A DNA stretch of 64,000 nt from Candidatus Omnitrophota bacterium (GCA_028716165.1 JAQUQI010000003.1:55966-119965), one strand, 5' to 3'; numbered from the stretch's first letter, positions 1-10,114 are shown. Notes: generated by a model not told the origin, from the sequence alone. Numbers and translations are program-made.

Positions 1-2
1 GG

Positions 3-674
3 ATGGATATCAGGGGCCTTGGGGACGCGCTGATCAACCAACTGGTTGACAGGGGTATGGTCGGTGACTATGCTGATATATATTGTTTAGGCCTTGACGA
101 TATATTAAAGCTTGAAAGGCTGGCTGAAAAATCAGCCAATAATTTACTGGATTCAATAAAGCGCTCCAAGACCAGGCCGTTTTCCAGGCTGATCTATTCC
201 CTGGGCATAAGGCATGTCGGTATACACGCGGCAAATATACTATCTTTAAAATTTGACAGTATTGAAAAGCTGAAAGCGCAGCCGGCAGAAATCCTTGCTG
301 ATATAGATGCTATTGGGCCGGTGATGGCGGAGTCTATTGTGGATTTTTTCTCGCAACCGGATACGGATACGATCATTAATAAACTGAAAGGTTATGGTGT
401 TATTTTGAGCCGGCAGTCCGCCCTGCCCCAAGGTGTTTTATCGGGAAAGACCTTTGTCTTTACCGGCACATTAAAGGATTTTTCCAGGATACAGGCCCAG
501 GATGCCGTCAGGTCGCTGGGCGGGATTATTTCCGAATCTGTGGGTAAAAAGACGGATTATCTTGTCTGCGGGAAAGACCCGGGCTCAAAGCAGGCCCTGG
601 CCCGGGATTTGGGAATAGCCATCATTGATGAAGATGAATTTAAGCATATGATAAAACGCGGAGGTCATTTATGA
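3..674 (+). CDS. ligA: NAD-dependent DNA ligase LigA, C-terminal part (5' end cut by window edge)
   Basis: ORF 3..674 translation has helix-hairpin-helix repeats (GIRHVG, IGPVMAESI) and a C-terminal BRCT-like segment (GKTFVFTGTL...DYLVCG), typical of the LigA C-terminus; the N-terminus lies upstream of the window. Confidence 0.85.
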   Translation: MDIRGLGDALINQLVDRGMVGDYADIYCLGLDDILKLERLAEKSANNLLDSIKRSKTRPFSRLIYSLGIRHVGIHAANILSLKFDSIEKLKAQPAEILADIDAIGPVMAESIVDFFSQPDTDTIINKLKGYGVILSRQSALPQGVLSGKTFVFTGTLKDFSRIQAQDAVRSLGGIISESVGKKTDYLVCGKDPGSKQALARDLGIAIIDEDEFKHMIKRGGHL

Positions 675-1174
675 AGGCAAGATCAGCGCTTGTCTATTTA
701 TTATTAATTACCGTATTGTGCGCTTCCGGGTGCAGCGGCACCTGGAGAAAAAAATTTGTCAGGCCAAAGAAAGATGCTGACAAGCAGGGGCCGATATTAC
801 AGCCTTATGATTATGCCCGGGAATTTACCAATAAACAGTTATACGCCAATAATTATTCTTTCTGGAGGAGTTCGCAGTCGGAACTTATAAGGTCGGTAAA
901 AGCCAAAGACGGCATAAAAAGGGTCAAGAGCCAAATGGGATACGCTGTTACCGATATTAAAAAAATGGCAAGCCTGCTTGTAGATGAGGAAAAGGCCAAA
1001 CTCCAGCCTTATATCCTGGAGCTGGAGGAGATGGCGAAAAAGATAGAACAGCCTAATTACCTTAATTCAAACAGCAATGAGCTCTCATCAAGGCTTTCAA
1101 AGCATTATAGATCAATAAGCAGGAATTTTTCGTATCATTGCATGAAAAATTTAATAAAACCTGATCAGGCGTAA
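671..1174 (+). CDS. hypothetical lipoprotein
   Basis: N-terminal signal peptide ending in the lipobox-like LCASGCSG; no recognisable catalytic motifs; ATGA overlap with the ligA stop. Confidence 0.5.
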   Translation: MKARSALVYLLLITVLCASGCSGTWRKKFVRPKKDADKQGPILQPYDYAREFTNKQLYANNYSFWRSSQSELIRSVKAKDGIKRVKSQMGYAVTDIKKMASLLVDEEKAKLQPYILELEEMAKKIEQPNYLNSNSNELSSRLSKHYRSISRNFSYHCMKNLIKPDQA

Positions 1175-1176
1175 TT

Positions 1177-1809
1177 ATGTTTAAATGCCCTCGGCAGGAT
1201 CAGCTGGTTTATAAGATTTATATAGATAGTGTCGGCACGAATTGTTACATATTCGGTTCAAAGAAGCTACGCGAGGTTATTGTCATAGATCCCGGCTCTG
1301 ATGCGGACAGGATACGGGATTTTATGAAAAAAGAGGGCCTTGTTCCCAAGTGCGTGGTCAATACCCACGGCCATATAGATCATATAGGAGGCAATGCGGC
1401 GCTCGGCTTACCTATTTATATCCACGAAAGAGACGCCAATTTCCTGACCAACCCTTTATTAAATCTGGCCCCTTTTTATGGAACCCTGAAATGCTCTCCA
1501 AAGGCCTCGCGGCTGTTGAAAGATAATGATATTATAGAAGACGTTTCTGATATCAGCATTAGGGTCATCCATACGCCCGGGCATACTCCGGGGGGCATAT
1601 CCCTTTACCATGACGGCGTCGTGTTTACCGGAGACACGCTTTTTTTTCAAGGCATAGGCAGAACGGATTTGCCATACGGCAGTAATAAGGAGATTAAATC
1701 TTCAATCAGGGATAAGTTGTTCCTGTTGGATGATGCTACTATTGTTTATCCCGGACACGGAGAGGAGACTACGATAGGCGGCGAAAAAAGGACGAACCCG
1801 TGGCTATGA
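1177..1809 (+). CDS. MBL-fold metallo-hydrolase (glyoxalase II-like)
   Basis: HxHxDH zinc motif (NTHGHIDHIGG) plus downstream His/Asp ligands (HTPGHTPGG, GDTLF) typical of the metallo-beta-lactamase superfamily. Confidence 0.75.
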   Translation: MFKCPRQDQLVYKIYIDSVGTNCYIFGSKKLREVIVIDPGSDADRIRDFMKKEGLVPKCVVNTHGHIDHIGGNAALGLPIYIHERDANFLTNPLLNLAPFYGTLKCSPKASRLLKDNDIIEDVSDISIRVIHTPGHTPGGISLYHDGVVFTGDTLFFQGIGRTDLPYGSNKEIKSSIRDKLFLLDDATIVYPGHGEETTIGGEKRTNPWL

Positions 1810-2696
1810 AAGATTTTATTGAAGAATTCCTGAATTATCTCGTGGTTGAGAGAGGGCTTTCCGGTAATACCATATCGGCTTACAGAAGTGATCTCTATAA
1901 ATACGCGGATTTTCTGACGACGAATAAAAAACGCCTGCATCTGAATGAAGTTGCCAGGAACGACGTCATGGATTATATGGCATACCAAAAAGATAAAGCG
2001 CTTTCTTCTAATTCCATATCGCGCCGCCTGGTCGCCATAAAAGTATTGCATCGTTTTTTATTGAGGGAAAAGTATGTCAAAGAAGATATAACAAGTGTCC
2101 TTGATTCACCCAGGCTATGGAAGCATCTTCCGGAAACGCTTTCCCCGGACGAGATAGAGGATATTATAAAAAAACCCAATACAAGAGACAGGCTCGGTTT
2201 AAGAGACAAGGCGGCCCTTGAGCTGATGTATGCCACCGGTTTAAGGGTATCGGAACTGGTAAACCTTGAGATAGGCAACTTGAATCTTGACGCAGGTTTT
2301 TTAAGATGCGTCGGCAAAGGAAGCAAAGAAAGGATAGTGCCTATCGGCAGCCAGGCCCAGTCTGCTATCAGAAAGTATATTGACAGGTCAAGGGAGTATA
2401 TGAAAAAACCCAATTCGCCGGAGGCGCTTTTTTTATCACGGCTTGGAAAAAAGATATCAAGACAGAGTTTCTGGAAAATGATAAAAAAATACGCCAGATT
2501 GGCAGGTATAAATAAAGACATAACGCCGCATACTCTAAGGCATTCATTTGCCACGCATCTGCTTGAGGGAGGAGCTGATTTGAGGGTGGTACAGGAGATG
2601 CTGGGCCATGCCGATATATCAACTACCCAAATATATACTCATATAAACAAAGAGCGCCTGAAGTCTATTCATCACAAATTTCATCCCAGACCCTGA
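1806..2696 (+). CDS. xerD: tyrosine site-specific recombinase XerD/XerC family
   Basis: N-terminal SAM-like core-binding domain and C-terminal catalytic residues (ARLAGINKDITPHTLRHSFATHLLEGGADLRVVQEMLGHADISTTQIYTH with catalytic Tyr). ATG at 1806 overlaps the upstream stop (ATGA); the XerD versus XerC assignment is not certain. Confidence 0.75.
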   Translation: MKDFIEEFLNYLVVERGLSGNTISAYRSDLYKYADFLTTNKKRLHLNEVARNDVMDYMAYQKDKALSSNSISRRLVAIKVLHRFLLREKYVKEDITSVLDSPRLWKHLPETLSPDEIEDIIKKPNTRDRLGLRDKAALELMYATGLRVSELVNLEIGNLNLDAGFLRCVGKGSKERIVPIGSQAQSAIRKYIDRSREYMKKPNSPEALFLSRLGKKISRQSFWKMIKKYARLAGINKDITPHTLRHSFATHLLEGGADLRVVQEMLGHADISTTQIYTHINKERLKSIHHKFHPRP

Positions 2697-2722
2697 CGGT
2701 ATATAATGCGCGCAAGCAGGTT

Positions 2723-3469
2723 ATGAAAGCTAAAGATAGATTATTATTAATGCCCGGTTTTATACAGGTTATCTTAAAAGAGGCCGGCGATATAGGCGAT
2801 AGGCGTGGTTTTGGCGTGTTCGCGGTAGGCGGATTTGTCAGGGACCTTATGCTTAATAAAAAAAGCCTTGATATTGATATCGCTGTTCAGGGTGACGGCA
2901 TAGGGCTTGCCGGGGAACTGGCTTACAGGCTTGGCGCTTCTTTAGCCGTATTCAAGTGTTTCGGCACCGCGGTTCTTGAGGCTAAAACGAGAAACAGTAT
3001 TGCCTCATCAGAGCCATTACCGGTCAGGATAGATATAGCGACTGCCAGGAGAGAATATTATAAAACAGCGGCCTGCTACCCTGAAGTCAGGCCTGCCGGC
3101 ATAAGGGCTGACCTTAAAAGGCGGGATTTTACAATAAATGCCATGGCCCTTGTTCTTAATAAGCGCAGGTTCGCGGAAAAGATTGATTATTTTGCTGGAA
3201 CAGATGACCTGGAAAAAGGCATTATAAGGGTTCTGCACGATAAAAGTTTTATTGATGATCCGACAAGGATATTTCGGGCCATCAGGTTTGAACAAAGATA
3301 CGGTTTTAACATAGATAATCATACATTGCGCTTGATGAAGGAAGCGGTCAGGGATGGCATGATTTGCAGGCTGAACAAGCGTAGGATTGAAAAAGAGCTC
3401 GCGCTTTTCCAAAGAGAGGGCAGGCATTCTGAAATGGCCGCGAGGCTAGAGCAGATAACCGGAGAATAA
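2723..3469 (+). CDS. short polymerase-beta-type nucleotidyltransferase (tRNA CCA / poly(A) polymerase head domain only)
   Basis: Class II tRNA nucleotidyltransferase head motifs GGFVRD, DIDIAV (DxD) and RRDFTINAMA; only 248 aa, with no body/tail or HD domain. Confidence 0.65.
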   Translation: MKAKDRLLLMPGFIQVILKEAGDIGDRRGFGVFAVGGFVRDLMLNKKSLDIDIAVQGDGIGLAGELAYRLGASLAVFKCFGTAVLEAKTRNSIASSEPLPVRIDIATARREYYKTAACYPEVRPAGIRADLKRRDFTINAMALVLNKRRFAEKIDYFAGTDDLEKGIIRVLHDKSFIDDPTRIFRAIRFEQRYGFNIDNHTLRLMKEAVRDGMICRLNKRRIEKELALFQREGRHSEMAARLEQITGE

Positions 3470-3470
3470 T

Positions 3471-3821
3471 ATGTCGCGAGTAGACAGGATGAATGAAGAG
3501 ATACGTTATCAGATAAGCACGATACTACAGACGCAGACGCGGGATCCCAGAATAGGTTTTGTCACCATAACAAAAGTGGATACGTCGCCTGATTTCAGAC
3601 AGGCTTTAGTGTATTTTACGGTGATCAACGCGGATGACGGCGCGCGCGATACATTAGAGGGCCTTAAGGCCTCAAGCGGTTTTATAAGAAGCCTGCTTGC
3701 TAAAAGGATCAGGGTTAAATTCATTCCCCGGATAACTTTTATCCATGATGTTCCGCCTGCCGAGTCCAAAAGGATAGACGATATTATTAATATGCTTCAC
3801 AGGGAAAAGGAGATAGGATGA
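3471..3821 (+). CDS. rbfA: ribosome-binding factor A
   Basis: 116-aa protein with the RbfA KH-like signature (RIGFVTITKVDTSPDFRQALVYFTV), immediately upstream of nrnA and truB. Confidence 0.85.
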   Translation: MSRVDRMNEEIRYQISTILQTQTRDPRIGFVTITKVDTSPDFRQALVYFTVINADDGARDTLEGLKASSGFIRSLLAKRIRVKFIPRITFIHDVPPAESKRIDDIINMLHREKEIG

Positions 3822-4792
3822 TGGGTCTTTCGGGTATTGTTTCCGCTATAAAAGATAATAAGAACAAATGTTTTGCCGTGGCATCGCATAAAAATCTGGA
3901 AGGAGACGCTATAGGCAGTATGCTTGCCATGTCAGAGCTTTTGCGTTCTGCCGGGAAAAAGGTTGTTTTACTTGCTCCTGAAAACATGCCGCAAGTATAT
4001 AAGTTTTTGCCTAACCAGTCATTGATAAAAGCGAGAAAAGACCCGCGCCGTATCAGATATGATATAGCCTGTCTGCTGGATTGCACTGATCTTGACAGGC
4101 TCGGTAACGCAAAAGCAGGCATAGACCCTTCCCTTCCGATACTTAATATAGACCACCATATAAGTAATCAATATTATGGCACGGTAAATTGGGTTGACCC
4201 GCGCATGTCGTGTTCAGGAGAACAGGTATATCATCTATTCAAAAAAACCGGACTGGCGATAAATAAAAATGCCGCTTTGTATATGTATATAGCAATTCTT
4301 ACGGACACGGGCTCGTTTAAATATTCCAATACTACCGCTATTACTCATAAAGTAGTTTCAGAGCTTTTATCGTATGGTATATGCCCTGTTGACATATACC
4401 GGAAGGTGTATGAAGGCATCAGCGCGGGCTATCTGGGCCTGCTCGCATCTGTCTTGGCAACGCTTGATATGGATCAGCCGGCCGGCTTGGCGTGGGTGGA
4501 GGTAAGGCAGGATATGCTCAATAAATACCATTGCGGCATTGATGATGCGCAGGACTTTGTTAATTATCCCAGGTCAATGAAAGGCGTAAAAATAGCCATT
4601 GCCTTTAAAGAAGACTCCGGGGGGGTTGTCAAGGTTAGTTTTCGCTCCAACGACGGTTATGATGTAAACAAACTTGCCGGCTATTTTGGAGGAGGGGGCC
4701 ATGCCGCAGCCAGCGGATGCGTTATAAAAGACAAATTTGATGCGGTAAAGAAGACAGTCCTTGCAAAAAGCAGAAAGTTTTTATTAGGGTGA
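3818..4792 (+). CDS. nrnA: DHH/DHHA1 phosphoesterase (NrnA-like nanoRNase / pAp phosphatase)
   Basis: DHH motifs (GDAIGS, NIDHHISN) and the DHHA1 GGGH motif (GGGGHAAASG); position between rbfA and truB is typical for NrnA. Confidence 0.8.
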   Translation: MMGLSGIVSAIKDNKNKCFAVASHKNLEGDAIGSMLAMSELLRSAGKKVVLLAPENMPQVYKFLPNQSLIKARKDPRRIRYDIACLLDCTDLDRLGNAKAGIDPSLPILNIDHHISNQYYGTVNWVDPRMSCSGEQVYHLFKKTGLAINKNAALYMYIAILTDTGSFKYSNTTAITHKVVSELLSYGICPVDIYRKVYEGISAGYLGLLASVLATLDMDQPAGLAWVEVRQDMLNKYHCGIDDAQDFVNYPRSMKGVKIAIAFKEDSGGVVKVSFRSNDGYDVNKLAGYFGGGGHAAASGCVIKDKFDAVKKTVLAKSRKFLLG

Positions 4793-4841
4793 TTTTATTG
4801 CAGGATGTTTTGCCGTTTATGTTTGTTGTGAAAAGAAAACT

Positions 4842-5483
4842 ATGCAGATAACAAAAGACATTCTTATAATAGACAAGCCCGAGGGCATGACGTCGCACGA
4901 TGTCGTTGATGCCGTGCGCAAAAAATTTAATATACGCAAGGTTGGCCATTGCGGGACATTAGATCCGATGGCGACAGGCGTTCTTGTAATATTAATGAAT
5001 CAAGCGACAAAACTTTCCGCGAAGCTTTCTTGCGATGAAAAAGAATATATATGCCGTATAATATTTGGCAGTTCCACAGATACCCATGACAGAACGGGTA
5101 ATATTGTCCAGGTTTGCGGCATTAAAGGCGTAACAACACAGCTTGTTCGCGATACAATAATGTCTTTTAAGGGCAAACAGGAACAGACGCCTCCGATGAT
5201 ATCCGCGAAATATCACAAAGGAGAGAGATTGTATAAACTGGCCAGAAAAGGGGTTGTCGTGGACAGAGAACCTGTTGAGATAGAAATAAAGGCCATAGAC
5301 ATTATTTCAACAGGGCCTGATAACGCCGAATTCAGAATAATCTGTTCAAAAGGTACCTATATAAGGACTTTATGCCATGACATAGGCAAAAAGCTGGGAT
5401 GCGGGGCTTATATGGATAGTTTAAGAAGGATACGCTCGGGACAGTTTTGTATCAAGGATGCCCTTACCCTGGAGGCTGTTTGA
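4842..5483 (+). CDS. truB: tRNA pseudouridine(55) synthase
   Basis: TruB catalytic motif GHCGTLDPMATGVL with the conserved Asp; 213 aa without a PUA extension. Confidence 0.9.
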   Translation: MQITKDILIIDKPEGMTSHDVVDAVRKKFNIRKVGHCGTLDPMATGVLVILMNQATKLSAKLSCDEKEYICRIIFGSSTDTHDRTGNIVQVCGIKGVTTQLVRDTIMSFKGKQEQTPPMISAKYHKGERLYKLARKGVVVDREPVEIEIKAIDIISTGPDNAEFRIICSKGTYIRTLCHDIGKKLGCGAYMDSLRRIRSGQFCIKDALTLEAV

Positions 5484-6400
5484 TGAAGGTTTTTTATTAT
5501 CCGGGAGGCATGGATAAAGAACCTAAACCAAGCGCGGTTGCGGTAGGGGTTTTTGACGGTTTTCATAGCGGGCACAAGAAGATACTGGGCTGTTTATTAA
5601 ACTTGTCTCGTAAAAAAAGATTGCGGCCTGTTGTCGTAACGTTTTTTCCTCATCCCGACAATGTTCTTTCAGGGCGTAAAAAAGCCTTGATGCTTTGTTC
5701 GCTTAAGCATAGGCTTAGACTATTTTCCGATGCCGGCATAAGCTTATGCGTGGTTTTGAAGTTTGACCGTGTAATGGCAGAAATGCCCTGCGATGTTTTT
5801 ATAAAACAGGTATTGATAGACGGGATTGGTATGAGGAGCCTTGTGGCCGGAGAGGGATTTTGTCTTGGTAAAGAAAGGTCCGGCAGTAATGACGGCCTGA
5901 AAGAGATAGCGGCGCGCTTAGGGTTTGGCCTGCGCATAGTTTCTCCCAAAAGGCATAAAAAGCGTATAATTAGTTCAAGCATTATACGCCGTTTAATAGA
6001 AAGAGGAGACATAAAACAGGCCGCGAAACTGCTCAACAGGCCTGTGTCTGTACTGGGTACAGTTATCCATGGGCGTAAAAAGGGAAGGAAAATAGGTTTT
6101 AGAACCGCCAACATTGACCCGCACCATGAGGTTATTCCGCCGCGCGGCGTTTACGCGGCTTATACCGTTATTGGCACTAAGACATATAAATCGGTCGTTA
6201 ATATCGGACAAAGGCCGACTTTTGACGGGAAAGAGGCAAATGTTGAAACTCATATATTTGGCCTTCGCAGGAATATTTACGGCAAGGATATAGAGATATG
6301 TTTTATAAAAAAATTAAGGCCTGAAATAAAATTTAAGGATCAGGCACTGCTTGGACTGCAGATAAAAAAAGACATTCTGCGCGCAAAGGGCGTGCTTTAG
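5483..6400 (+). CDS. ribF: bifunctional riboflavin kinase / FAD synthetase
   Basis: N-terminal FAD synthetase motif (GVFDGFHSGH) and C-terminal riboflavin kinase domain (GRKKGRKIGFRTANI...ETHIFG). ATG at 5483 overlaps the truB stop (ATGA) and has GGAGG 7 nt upstream. Confidence 0.9.
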   Translation: MKVFYYPGGMDKEPKPSAVAVGVFDGFHSGHKKILGCLLNLSRKKRLRPVVVTFFPHPDNVLSGRKKALMLCSLKHRLRLFSDAGISLCVVLKFDRVMAEMPCDVFIKQVLIDGIGMRSLVAGEGFCLGKERSGSNDGLKEIAARLGFGLRIVSPKRHKKRIISSSIIRRLIERGDIKQAAKLLNRPVSVLGTVIHGRKKGRKIGFRTANIDPHHEVIPPRGVYAAYTVIGTKTYKSVVNIGQRPTFDGKEANVETHIFGLRRNIYGKDIEICFIKKLRPEIKFKDQALLGLQIKKDILRAKGVL

Positions 6401-6406
6401 CAAAAT

Positions 6407-6458
6407 ATTGCCCGCGAAAACAAGCCCCTGATGGATATCGCAGGCAATCTTTGTTTCT
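6407..6458 (+). terminator. candidate intrinsic terminator downstream of ribF
   Basis: ATTGCCCGCG...CGCAGGCAAT inverted repeat (10 bp, one mismatch, large loop) followed by CTTTGTTTCT; begins 7 nt after the ribF stop. Confidence 0.3.
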
Positions 6459-6549
6459 AAAAAAGCGCCTTAATTATCCCCGTATCAGACTGTTTTTAGA
6501 GACAGTTGCCTCAGCTTTTTACCTTTATTCGGCCTGGCAGGCATATTAT

Positions 6550-6574
6550 GGATACCGGCCCGGTATCCTTGTTT
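6550..6574 (+). terminator. perfect 9-1-9 palindrome GGATACCGG-C-CCGGTATCC followed by TTGTTT (hairpin terminator or operator-like site)
   Basis: Read directly: 19-nt perfect inverted repeat at 6550-6568, then TTGTTT; lies between ribF and the ilv promoter. Confidence 0.3.
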
Positions 6575-6617
6575 AAAGCGATAGGTTTTTACATAAAAAC
6601 ACGCGATAGAAAAACAA

Positions 6618-6646
6618 TTGACAGATCAAGTGCCTGTTGTTATAAT
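6618..6646 (+). promoter_or_regulatory. sigma70-type promoter, exact consensus TTGACA-N17-TATAAT, upstream of ilvD
   Basis: TTGACA at 6618-6623, 17-nt spacer, TATAAT at 6641-6646; about 80 nt upstream of the ilvD start, which has a purine-rich RBS (AGGAAAGGA). Confidence 0.6.
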
Positions 6647-6728
6647 TTGATACCAGTATTAATATTATATTTATGTAAAAAACCGTTTCATTAAATTTAC
6701 GGATGTTTTTAAACAGGAAAGGACGATA

Positions 6729-8387
6729 ATGAGAAGCATTGTGATAAAAAAAGGTTTGGAAAGGACTCCGCATAGGGCCTTATTGTATGCCACAGGCCTT
6801 AGCAAGAATAATCTAAACAAGCCTTTTATAGGTATTGCTTCCAGTTTTACGGATCTCATACCAGGCCACGTTGATATGAGGCTTTTAGAGCGTGAGATTG
6901 AACACGGAGTATGCGCAGGAGGGGGCGTGCCTTTTGTTTTTGGCATACCTGGTATATGCGACGGTATAGCAATGGGCCACGCAGGCATGCATTATTCTTT
7001 AGCGTCAAGGGAATTGATAGCTGATTCTGTTGAGAGCGTGGCAATGGCGCACGCGCTGGACGGGCTCGTTCTTTTAACCAACTGCGATAAAATTACTCCG
7101 GGCATGATTATGGCGGCAGCCAGGCTTGATATACCTGCCATTGTTGTGACGGCCGGGCCCATGTTGTCTGGTGTGTATAAGATGCAAAGGCGTTCTTTTG
7201 TAAGAGACACATTTGAGGCAATGGCAAAGAGGCAAAAAGGCCGGATAACGGATGCCGAATTGGATGGCTTGGAGATGTGTTCATGCCCCGGAGCAGGTTC
7301 CTGTCAGGGGCTTTATACGGCAAATACCATGGCCTGCGTAACCGAGGCGCTTGGAATGTCTATGCCCGGATGCGCTACAGCTTTGGTTAATTCCGCCAAA
7401 AAGAAACGTATAGGGTATGCGAGCGGCCAGCAGGTTGTTTCGCTGGTTCAGCGCGGGCTGTCGGCACGCAGGATCATCAACAAGTTTTCTTTATATAATG
7501 CTGTTATGATTGATATGGCATTAGGCGGCTCAACGAACACGATGTTACATATACCGGCTATTGCTCGTGAAGCAGGTATTGAATTAGATCTTGATGAGCT
7601 TGATATGATAAGCAGAAAAACGCCGCATATATGCAATATAAGGCCGGGCGGAGAACATTTTATGGAGGACCTTGAGTACGCGGGAGGCATACCTGCCGTA
7701 TTGAGCAGATTGTCGTCTAAGATAAAGGATAATATAACGGTTACAGGCAGGCGTATTAAGGAAAATATAAAGGGTTTTTCTATTTATGATAACGATATAA
7801 TCAGGCCTCTTCCAAAAGCGTATCACAAGGAAGGCGGTATAGCTGTGTTAAAAGGTAATATTGCCCCTGATGGCTGTGTTGTCAAGCAAAGCGCTGTAGA
7901 TAAATCTGGCATGAAATTTACCGGAAAGGCTGTTTGTTTTGATTCGGAAGAAGATGCCATGCGCGCTATAATGTCAGGCAGGATCAAACCCGGCAGTATT
8001 ATTGTCATAAGATATGAGGGGCCCAAAGGCGGGCCTGGCATGCGGGAGATGCTTGCGCCTACGGCCGCTATAGCCGGAATGGGGATGTCAAAAGAAGTGG
8101 CCTTAATTACCGACGGGCGATTTTCCGGCGGTACAAGGGGGCCGTGTATTGGGCATATATCGCCTGAAGCTGCTACAGGAGGCCCGATAGCTGTAGTTCA
8201 GGATAATGATATTATTTCAATAGATATACCGAAGAGAAAGATAGAGCTTAAAATATCTTGCCAGCAAATGCAAAAGCGTATTGATGCCTGGAGGCCCAGG
8301 CCGCCCAAGATAAAAAAAGGCTATCTGTCGCGTTATGCCTGCTTTGTCCAATCTGCCGCGAAAGGGGCGGTCTTATCAATAAAATGA
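6729..8387 (+). CDS. ilvD: dihydroxy-acid dehydratase
   Basis: 552 aa with IlvD/EDD signatures (CDGIAMGH, Fe-S cluster Cys ligands [18 protein letters not shown]). Confidence 0.95.
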   Translation: MRSIVIKKGLERTPHRALLYATGLSKNNLNKPFIGIASSFTDLIPGHVDMRLLEREIEHGVCAGGGVPFVFGIPGICDGIAMGHAGMHYSLASRELIADSVESVAMAHALDGLVLLTNCDKITPGMIMAAARLDIPAIVVTAGPMLSGVYKMQRRSFVRDTFEAMAKRQKGRITDAELDGLEMCSCPGAGSCQGLYTANTMACVTEALGMSMPGCATALVNSAKKKRIGYASGQQVVSLVQRGLSARRIINKFSLYNAVMIDMALGGSTNTMLHIPAIAREAGIELDLDELDMISRKTPHICNIRPGGEHFMEDLEYAGGIPAVLSRLSSKIKDNITVTGRRIKENIKGFSIYDNDIIRPLPKAYHKEGGIAVLKGNIAPDGCVVKQSAVDKSGMKFTGKAVCFDSEEDAMRAIMSGRIKPGSIIVIRYEGPKGGPGMREMLAPTAAIAGMGMSKEVALITDGRFSGGTRGPCIGHISPEAATGGPIAVVQDNDIISIDIPKRKIELKISCQQMQKRIDAWRPRPPKIKKGYLSRYACFVQSAAKGAVLSIK

Positions 8388-10060
8388 GATTAAAAGGCGC
8401 TAATATATTGGTTGAATCGTTAAAGAAAGAGAAAGTCGGTATTGTGTTTGGATACCCCGGCGGCGTTGTCCTTCCTATATTTGATGTTCTTTACGATTCT
8501 GATTTGAAGTTTATGCTGACAAGGCATGAGCAGGCGGCTGCCCATGCCGCAGACGGTTATGCCCGCGCCACAGGCAATGTCGGCGTTTGCTTGGCCACTT
8601 CCGGTCCCGGCGCGACCAATCTTGTTACGGGCATTGCCACGGCTTATATGGATTCAGTTCCCATGGTTGCATTGACAGGGCAGGTCAAGACTAATCTTAT
8701 AGGCAGTGACGCTTTTCAGGAGGCTGATATTACGGGAATAACCAGGCCTATTACAAAGCATAATTATCTTGTTAAGGATATAAACGATCTGGCGCCTACG
8801 ATAAAAGAGGCTTTTTATGTTGCCAGAACCGGCAGACCCGGACCTGTCTTGGTTGACCTGCCCGCTGACCTTATGTTCGCAGAGGCGGAATTCAATTATC
8901 CTGAAAAAATCAGTATGAGAAGTTATGACCCTGTTTGCGCAGGTTTTCAGGGCCAGTTGAAGAAAGCCGCCAAGGCGATACATGAATCATGCAAGCCTAT
9001 AATATATGCCGGAGGAGGCGTAATAATATCAGGCGCCGAAAATGAGCTTTTGGAATTTGCCAGCAAGGCTTCAATACCCGTTACCACAACACTTCTGGGC
9101 CTGGGCTGTTTTCCGGAGACAAACCCATTGTCCCTGAAAATGCTTGGTATGCACGGAAGCGCGTATGCCAACCACGCTATAACAGAAAGCGACCTTATTA
9201 TTGCCGTAGGCTCCAGATTTGATGATAGGGTTACGGGTAAGCTGGATGAATTTGCCCCCAAGGCCAAGATTATTCACATAGATATTGATCCTTCAAGCGT
9301 CAGCAAAAATGTCCATGTCCACATACCTATTGTCGGAGACGCCAAAGAAGTGCTAATGGCGCTTAACAGGATTGTTAAGGCAGGTGACACGTCAAAATGG
9401 ATGGATAGGATAGCCCAGTTGAAAAAACAATATCCTCTAAGGTATGATAACTCCGGTGATGATATAAAGCCCCAGTATGTTGTTGAGCAGATATATGAGG
9501 CCACCAAGGGTGATGCTATTATCACTACAGAGGTTGGGCAAAACCAGATGTGGGCGGCCCAATTTTATAAGTATTCAAAACCCCGTTCTTTTTTATCAAG
9601 CGGGGGGCTGGGTACCATGGGTTACGGTTTCCCTGCCGCGATAGGCGCGCAGACAGCCTACCCGGAGAAAACGGTATTTGATATTGCCGGTGATGGTTCC
9701 ATACAGATGAACATACAGGAACTTGCCACGGCTGTTATTAATAAGCTCCCTGTAAATATAGCCATACTGAACAATTGCTGTCTTGGCATGGTAAGGCAAT
9801 GGCAGGAACTGTTCTACAATAAGAGGTATTCGCATACCTGTTTTCAGCCAGGCTGTCCGGATTTTGTCAAACTGGCGCAGGCATACGGCGCCGTAGGCAT
9901 AAGGGTTACCAAAAAAGCTGATGTCGCGGACGCGATAAAGCGTGCGATTGAAACGAAGAATACGGTTGTCCTTGATTTTATCGTTAGAAACGAGGAAAAC
10001 GTTTTTCCGATGGTGCCATCGGGAGAAGCGATTAACAGGATGATAGGCGGCATGGCTTAA
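8384..10060 (+). CDS. ilvB: acetolactate synthase large subunit
   Basis: TPP-dependent enzyme: N-terminal Pyr domain, central FAD domain and C-terminal TPP-binding motif ([14 protein letters not shown]); ATGA overlap with ilvD. Confidence 0.9.
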   Translation: MRLKGANILVESLKKEKVGIVFGYPGGVVLPIFDVLYDSDLKFMLTRHEQAAAHAADGYARATGNVGVCLATSGPGATNLVTGIATAYMDSVPMVALTGQVKTNLIGSDAFQEADITGITRPITKHNYLVKDINDLAPTIKEAFYVARTGRPGPVLVDLPADLMFAEAEFNYPEKISMRSYDPVCAGFQGQLKKAAKAIHESCKPIIYAGGGVIISGAENELLEFASKASIPVTTTLLGLGCFPETNPLSLKMLGMHGSAYANHAITESDLIIAVGSRFDDRVTGKLDEFAPKAKIIHIDIDPSSVSKNVHVHIPIVGDAKEVLMALNRIVKAGDTSKWMDRIAQLKKQYPLRYDNSGDDIKPQYVVEQIYEATKGDAIITTEVGQNQMWAAQFYKYSKPRSFLSSGGLGTMGYGFPAAIGAQTAYPEKTVFDIAGDGSIQMNIQELATAVINKLPVNIAILNNCCLGMVRQWQELFYNKRYSHTCFQPGCPDFVKLAQAYGAVGIRVTKKADVADAIKRAIETKNTVVLDFIVRNEENVFPMVPSGEAINRMIGGMA

Positions 10061-10114
10061 TGCCGTTTGCTTATACCGCGAAATCTTTAACGCATAGGAT
10101 ATGAAGGATCTGAC

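Noticed and set aside
5447-5482. 36-nt N-terminal extension of ribF suggested by the ORF track
   Set aside because: The extension overlaps the truB 3' end; the ATG at 5483 has a GGAGG RBS and overlaps the truB stop (ATGA), and the RibF homology starts there.
6506-6694. 62-aa ORF in the ilv upstream region as a possible attenuation leader peptide
   Set aside because: The translation is not enriched in Ile/Leu/Val runs, and it spans the promoter -35/-10 elements, so it cannot be a leader within the transcript.
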